Assembly (NCBI RefSeq): GCF_040956055.1
Contig: NC_090911.1
Location: 1,588,830 to 1,652,829 of the forward strand
DNA from: Brachionichthys hirsutus
Taxonomy: Eukaryota
Direction of reading: 5' to 3'
DNA length: 64,000 nucleotides
Part shown: piece by piece, positions 58,086 to 64,000 of the stretch
Numbering within the stretch: position 1 is the stretch's first letter
How the letters are laid out: each line of letters starts with the position of its first letter
Position numbers and translations under genes: made by a program
The notes under the pieces: model-generated
What the model was told of the DNA's origin: nothing
Database searches by the model: none
The model's input: only the letters and a program-made list of their open reading frames with translations

Positions 58086-59837
58086 TATGAAAATGTGCAT
58101 TTATTGTAATGACATTCTGTATGTACTCCCTTTTGTATGTATCAATACACCGTCATGCTATATCAATGCATATTGTGTAAAATAAAGCACTTAAAGATGC
58201 TATTATTTATAGCGACTGTAATAAGCAGAGCATCATGGGAATGTTGCCATTTCTCTATATACAAATAAATGCATTTATTTTCTTAGCTCCCATCCCTCTT
58301 AGCCGTGTGCTAGCTGAGAAAACCCCGATAAGTTAAGAAGATAATAATTTGTTGAAGCTGACTTCAAACCAAAGCTTGTTCTCTCCATGGTATGAACACG
58401 TTTTCCCATCATTTCAGTCCAGCGAGGCTAAAAGAACTCTGCTGGAATAAAGAGAGCGAGAACACGTTGTTAGCAGAACATACAAGCGTGATAAATTTCT
58501 GCTCGTCTTTTGTCGGTGAATACGTCTGGGCCCATATGCTCCACTACAAAGCAGCATTTAAAAAGCCAGGCCTACCACATTAAAGCCTATAACAATCTGT
58601 GTTCATGGTAAGTTATCACTCTCAATTAATCACCCCCCACAATGGGATTTCTGATGTGTTCAAGCCCCCTGAAAGCTGCAGGTCAAGCTGAGGGCAGACT
58701 GACTCTCAGCTTCCTATTCTCCATCCCCTCACTCCTCTTTCACTTTACGTCTCAGCCCCTGCCGACTGAAGAGGCTTTACATTTTTTTCTTATTCTCCCT
58801 CTGAAAGAGTTCAGCATCATCCAGCAAAACAAACACGGAGATAAATGTAGGTGGGAAGATGTGGCGTTTTATGAGAAGCAGACGGAGTGACTGCCTGGCT
58901 GAGAGCCTTTCTGCCTGATTATTCTGCTGGGCTTGTGTCAGCCTATGAATGGTATTGTATTGTTTGGCCTTTCCCCATTCCTGCACTGCTGAATGGGTGT
59001 AACCACTGGTTTAGATTCAGTTACACGGCTTTGGTTGAAAGTATCCCCCTCCCACTGCTTTGGACTCCATGGTCCCCTCGGTTGACCTGTTTAGAAGCTG
59101 CTGTGGAAATGTCATGTCGCCCCTCCCATGGGCCGGACCGACATTAACTTTGATAGGTAACAAAAAATGACTTGGGATGGGATGAGACCAAAGGCCACAT
59201 TTGAATCACAATGAGCTGCCAGTCTGGTGGAACGCAGCAGTCTGGCACCGGGGGCTTTGAGTGGAGGCTGCAGGTGAGATTAGGGATGATGAGGCACTTC
59301 AACCGGTTTAGTTAATGTTGAAACCTTAAATAAAAGCTCAACGTTTTAGGTTTCATGATTATCTGTTCCATCACTGGAGACCTTGGCTGTTTGAAACCTG
59401 GAATCTGCTTTGGGATTTCTAATCCATACTGGACACACAAGTTTCTGTATCCCAGTTTATTCTGGTCCAGCCAGCATCTTATGCCCTGCTACGACGTGTT
59501 GGATTGTCTCAGGGGTAACTTTGAATTTAAAGAAATCATTTTATTTTAACATTTTCATCAAATACAATATATATTCTACGTTGCAAATAATAACTAATTC
59601 TCAACTTATTTTGGATTCATTTATTTCCAAGGTCTCAGTAAGTGACCCCCCCCCCCCTCCAAAAAACACAAAAACAAACTAACCTGTCAAAAAACAAAAT
59701 AAACAAAAGTTGAAGGAATTAAATCACATGTTTGGACAGCAAAAGCGAAGGCAGCCTCCGCCCTGCCGTCCAGAGTGAGTCAAGAAGGCCTTCCAAGATG
59801 AAGAGATGATAAACAAGACATTTGTTGAAGCAGGTCA

Positions 59838-59912
59838 GGATTAGGGTTAGGGTTAGGGTTAGGGTTAGGGTTAGGATTAGGATTAGGATTAGGATTAGGG
59901 TTAGTTAGGTTG
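59838..59912 (+). repeat. Interstitial telomeric repeat (TTAGGG)6 followed by the degenerate (TTAGGA)4
   Basis: ttagggttagggttagggttagggttagggttaggattaggattaggattaggattagggttag. Confidence 0.9.
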
Positions 59913-59944
59913 TTTCCAGCCTCCAGCTATCAGGAAGTCGAGTT

Positions 59945-60130
59945 TGACGCCGCTGTGAAGTCATGGGTGAGGATCTGCGCTTCCTGAAGGACGTTGCAGA
60001 CTCTAAGTGCTTCTCACTGCACATGGACGAGTCTGCAGACACAAGCGACACCGCCCGGTTGGGTAGTTTTATTTGGATGGTGTTTATGGCTTAAACACCA
60101 CAAGCTGACAGCTGAGGTCCAGAGCTCATG
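59945..60130 (+). mobile_element. hAT-superfamily transposase C-terminal remnant
   Basis: Translates as ..KDVADSKCFSLHMDESADTSDTARLGSFIWMVFMA... The (F)SLxxDESTD motif is diagnostic of the hAT dimerisation region. Confidence 0.5.
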
Positions 60131-62362
60131 GACACTTCTAGAACTTACTCACAAAGGAAAAGTACCCAAACATAAGGACAATGTACCACCGCCATGACCG
60201 CGTCAAGAAGTCTACAACCCCCCCCCCCCCCCCCCCCCCAAACGATGTGACTCCCAAAAGAGCTAAACTGTTGCTAAAGACCAGAGAACACACAATACAA
60301 ATAAATATGCAGATGAATATTCACATGAAATTCCCTGAAGCATTTCTGATCAGTCTCCGGTTGCGCAGGAATTAGGACAAGCTTAAAATCAATTAGCTGT
60401 TCTCTCTTCTTGTAGCTGTCAATTAGACTGCCCCCTGGCTGGGGTAGGACTCTGTAGCTGCCCTCCTCTTCTGCTTATTACATTACTCACCACTAATAAC
60501 TTAATAAGAACATTACGCTCGACATTTATAACACAGACGCTTCGGTGTCGCTACAAACGTGAGGGTGTCTGAACAAATGGCACCCGTGTGATTGTTGACC
60601 TGCGCATGGATTCTGATGTGGAAACTCCAATTTGCATTCAGAACTTTGTACAGTAATTTAATTATTCTAATGATTTCACTCTTATTTGAGTCGGTAATGC
60701 CAATCTGCCGTCAATGCTGTGGCGTAGGAAGCAAACCTTATAATTAGAATTAGAAATCAGAGTCAATGAAAAATATCAAGACCGCTGCAAAATATGATTG
60801 GCTTTTACAGCTGTGCATTTGAGTGAAATGACGTTTTTTGTTTTATTTTACAAACTGCGGACGGCATTTCTCTCAAATTCAAAATGAAAAATCATTTGAA
60901 ATTTTATTTGCAGAAAATGACAACTGGCCAAAATAACAGAGTCTTCAGACGTAAAATAATGCGACGGAAACAAATTGTTCTCATTTTTACACGAAACATC
61001 ACTAAAGTTTTAACTTACAAGTTCAGAAATCAGTATTTTGTGGAATAACCCTGATTTTTCCCGACCCACAGGACATCCACAGAACAAGTTAAATGATCAG
61101 TGGCCAAGATGTTTCGGTGCACAGAAGACAAACAGTTATTTTGCATTGTGTAATACATTTTTCAAGCTTTTACTTCCTTGTCAATGAATGCACGCTATCG
61201 GTCCATTTGTTGATTTGCAATGTTTCATTTCCATAAACGGAGAGGCCACCTCACCACAAAAAAGAATTCATTTAAATGTATATCAACTGAAAAATGAATT
61301 TCACATACAACAGATATAAAGACATTAACCAGAAGACAGCTGAGAATCAAGGACTGCAATGTCACATTTTATTTTATGTGTCCCTTTAAACATGCAAAGT
61401 GTAAAAGTAAGTAAATCATCTCCACAACATCTTTTTCAAACAGTGCTCTGAGGCTAAAAAAGAAGATGAGCAAAAACAAGAAATATCCCTTAAAGACAAC
61501 CTCTGTGTGAAAGTTATTAGACAACAACAAACAAAGAAGCAAATGCACAAATAGTGGAATAAATATTATACAACGCTCCACTCGAGTTCTGACCGAGTAC
61601 TGTATTTGTGTCCTGCAGGCGTCCCTCGGTGGGTCTCCATGGTTACTGACTTTCCATATATATTACACCCTGTTGAAGCCACTCAGGAGGGTTTCCACTT
61701 CATGCCTGCCTCTTCTTTCACAGCCATCCTCAATTGGTCTGCAAGAATACAACATATAGTGTCAGCACCGAGGCTTCCTGCTAAAGTAATTGCCTTCATT
61801 GGAAAGTAGATAAATAGCTGTGGCTGGTTGTGGAAGGACGTCCTGCCGGGTTTAACCAGTCCTGGGTTAATCATGGTCCCTCTGGACATCCTCCCAGTCA
61901 GCGCTGGCTAAGAGCCACTGGAAGCCTCACAGTCATCAGGGAATCTGCATGGATGAACGGCGGAATGGTTTAGGCTGCTGTTTTAACCATGATGATGACA
62001 GCAGAACGTCAACAGCAGCGCATCAAGGTAAAGCCATGCAGGGGGAAAAGAGAGAGAGAACAGATGTGCTGCAGCTGCTAATCCTTTTGACACAGATGTG
62101 CACAGCGTCGCTGAGCGACACAAGACACCAGTTTTATTGAACGCTCTGATCCACTGACAGTTTAACTTTCATATAAAGAAAGATACTGACAGAACTGTGA
62201 CCAATGTCATGTAATAATAGACAATAATACAGTAATGGATATACAGTATATATATATATATATAAACTGTTGCTAAAGACCAGAGAACACACAATAGAAA
62301 TAGATATATATATATATACTGTATATCCATTACTGTATTATTGTCAACTTATTACATGAAAT

Positions 62363-62363
62363 T

Positions 62364-62405
<42 letters not shown>
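62363..62405. repeat. (AT)n microsatellite
   Basis: Direct inspection. Confidence 0.9.
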
Positions 62406-62409
<4 letters not shown>

Positions 62410-62699
62410 TCTCTATTAATAATCTGTAATTCTACAAGGCAGTAAGAAACTTTAAAAGCTGCTTCCAGCTATCTGCATTTATATATTTGAGTACTGACCT
62501 CGTGAGCTTTTTTTTTTTTTTTTGTCTATAGCTGACTTTTAAGAATCTTTGTCTATTTTTATTTAGAAAAATGTGAATTATGTTGTTTATTTAATTGTAT
62601 TTTTTGCTGATTTGCACTTCAGTCTGTTCTCATTCACCCACAGGCTATTTTTTTTATTTATTATTATTTATTTTAGCCTTCAGGCTTGACCATGTTTAG

Positions 62700-63760
62700 G
62701 TCTGACTCTCCAACAGAGGATTGTTAAAGCCATACAGTCTGCGTCTTCCGCGTGCTCGCTTTTGTGTCTGATTGATTTGACGGCCGCATAATGCGGACTC
62801 TTCCATCCCAGCGACTGACTGAAACGGCCTTTTTCATGCACTTGACTCCCTCGCACACACACAGCTGCATTTGTTTCGCAAATCCATCCCCGCTGCGCCG
62901 CGTTCAGGCGAGGAAAAGAGAGCAGTCGGACATCAGTGAAGTTCACGCAAGGGAACAAGCGGAGAGGCTGCGCCACAGCAGCCGCTTTTGTCGATATCAA
63001 AACGGAGAGCTGGTGAAAAATGATGCATGCTTTTACACCTCCGAATCCTGGCAACTGACAGAGGATGGGCCTCGGGTGGGGGGAATAAAAGTAAAAAAAA
63101 AAAAAAGAAGTCTATTCCGTCCCAGAAGGCAAACAAAGGAGGTCCGATCTGAGCGCGTTGAGCGTCCTCTCGCGCACGACGGGGATCAGCGGCGCAGAAT
63201 GCAGGAGATGGATGGACACGCACACGTACAAACGGCCGTGACTGCAATTAGCATATTTGTAATTTATCACTTTTTTCTCGAGTTATTCAAGCTTGTTTCA
63301 GGAGAGATCATTTGTCGACGCCTCCGGGTTTCCTCCAGTTCCCCGCAACAGTTCCGAAATGGCTGGAGATGGTTTCCGACCCCGAAACACGCAACGACCT
63401 TTTTATCTGCTATATTTATTGCCTTTTGTCTGTTACAACCTCTGATCGGCCCGGCCGGCTTCATTTCCATATATTTTCAAAGGAGCCTCCTCATGAATGG
63501 ACTGTAATATTTCATGATGGGGCATCCAAAAGCTGTGCTCAATGCCTCTCATATCCTCCCCGCTTTCAGCCGCACAAAGATCATAGCGAGGCGTCTTTGT
63601 GACTAATTCAGTCAAAGGCTCATTCCCAATGTGCTGGCGCGGAGGTCAGCCTGCCGTGTTCCGTCCTCCAGGGGGGGGGGGGGGGGGGGGATTCAGGGGT
63701 CGGGGGCGGCCAACCGGCTGCGTCACGACGAGGCTCCGCGCACAAACACGCAATGAAATG
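62700..63760. promoter_or_regulatory. CpG island at the window edge (candidate promoter / first exon of an unidentified gene)
   Basis: High CpG density across ~1 kb, then a poly-G(24) tract at 63661-63684 and GC-rich GGGGTCGGGGGCGGCCAACCGGCTGCGTCACGACGAGGCTCCGCGC. ORFs on both strands (62791..63507 +, 62680..63054 -) have no recognisable homology. Confidence 0.3.
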
Positions 63761-64000
63761 GTGCAGCTCGAAGGAAACAAAATAGGTTTCACTTAAGAAA
63801 TAAATCTAATATTATTTGATAAAGTAAACTTAAATAAACTAGCCCGTGTGAAATGATCTGAAATGACGTCACAATGACTTGCTGTGAGAATGCTTTCTGT
63901 CGACAGGAGCATAAGTGGGCCTGAACCAATCACATCCTGCAAATGAACCCGAAGTCGTAAGCTTTCTGTGTCAATCAAATTCTACAGTGTGAATAATTTG

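Noticed and set aside
62791-63507. 238-aa ORF inside the CpG island
   Set aside because: No recognisable domain and it is interrupted by a poly-A/G tract. It is likely a GC-rich non-coding 5' region. It is kept only as a possible promoter.

Overview
This window looks like vertebrate (probably teleost fish) nuclear DNA, not prokaryotic. It has spliced multi-exon genes, CpG islands, tRNA-derived SINEs, LINE reverse-transcriptase fragments, MITEs, (CA)n microsatellites and interstitial TTAGGG repeats. I identified five protein-coding genes from conserved protein motifs and canonical splice signals. They are mettl17 (+, 13 coding exons, 98-6327), sdr39u1 (-, 6 coding exons, 7133-9450), engrailed-2 (+, 2 exons, 10489-12868), canopy-1/cnpy1 (-, 5 exons, 18121-23376) and paxip1/PTIP (+, 22 coding exons, 26634-43417; polyQ region and BRCT domains). 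The en2, cnpy1 and paxip1 genes form a block related to the human 7q36 PAXIP1-EN2-CNPY1 neighbourhood. It is rearranged here: there is no insig1 or htr5a, and mettl17/sdr39u1 sit head-to-head with en2. The last ~20 kb (43.5-64 kb) is gene-poor and repeat-rich. It ends in a CpG island at 62.7-63.75 kb. Observations worth a second look: (1) a ~465-bp 28S rRNA fragment inserted in paxip1 intron 4, flanked by imperfect direct repeats and preceded by a SINE; (2) an in-frame 36-bp VNTR inside a LINE ORF, at about 3 copies in one copy of the element and about 18 in the other; (3) large minisatellites upstream of the cnpy1 TSS and in a paxip1 intron; (4) a recurrent 450-bp element with a (CAAACAGA)n tract and a terminal hairpin; (5) an unusual density of 15-27-nt poly-G/poly-C tracts. 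All exon coordinates come from manual six-frame reading and AG/GT(GC) inspection, so exact boundaries may be off by a few bases.
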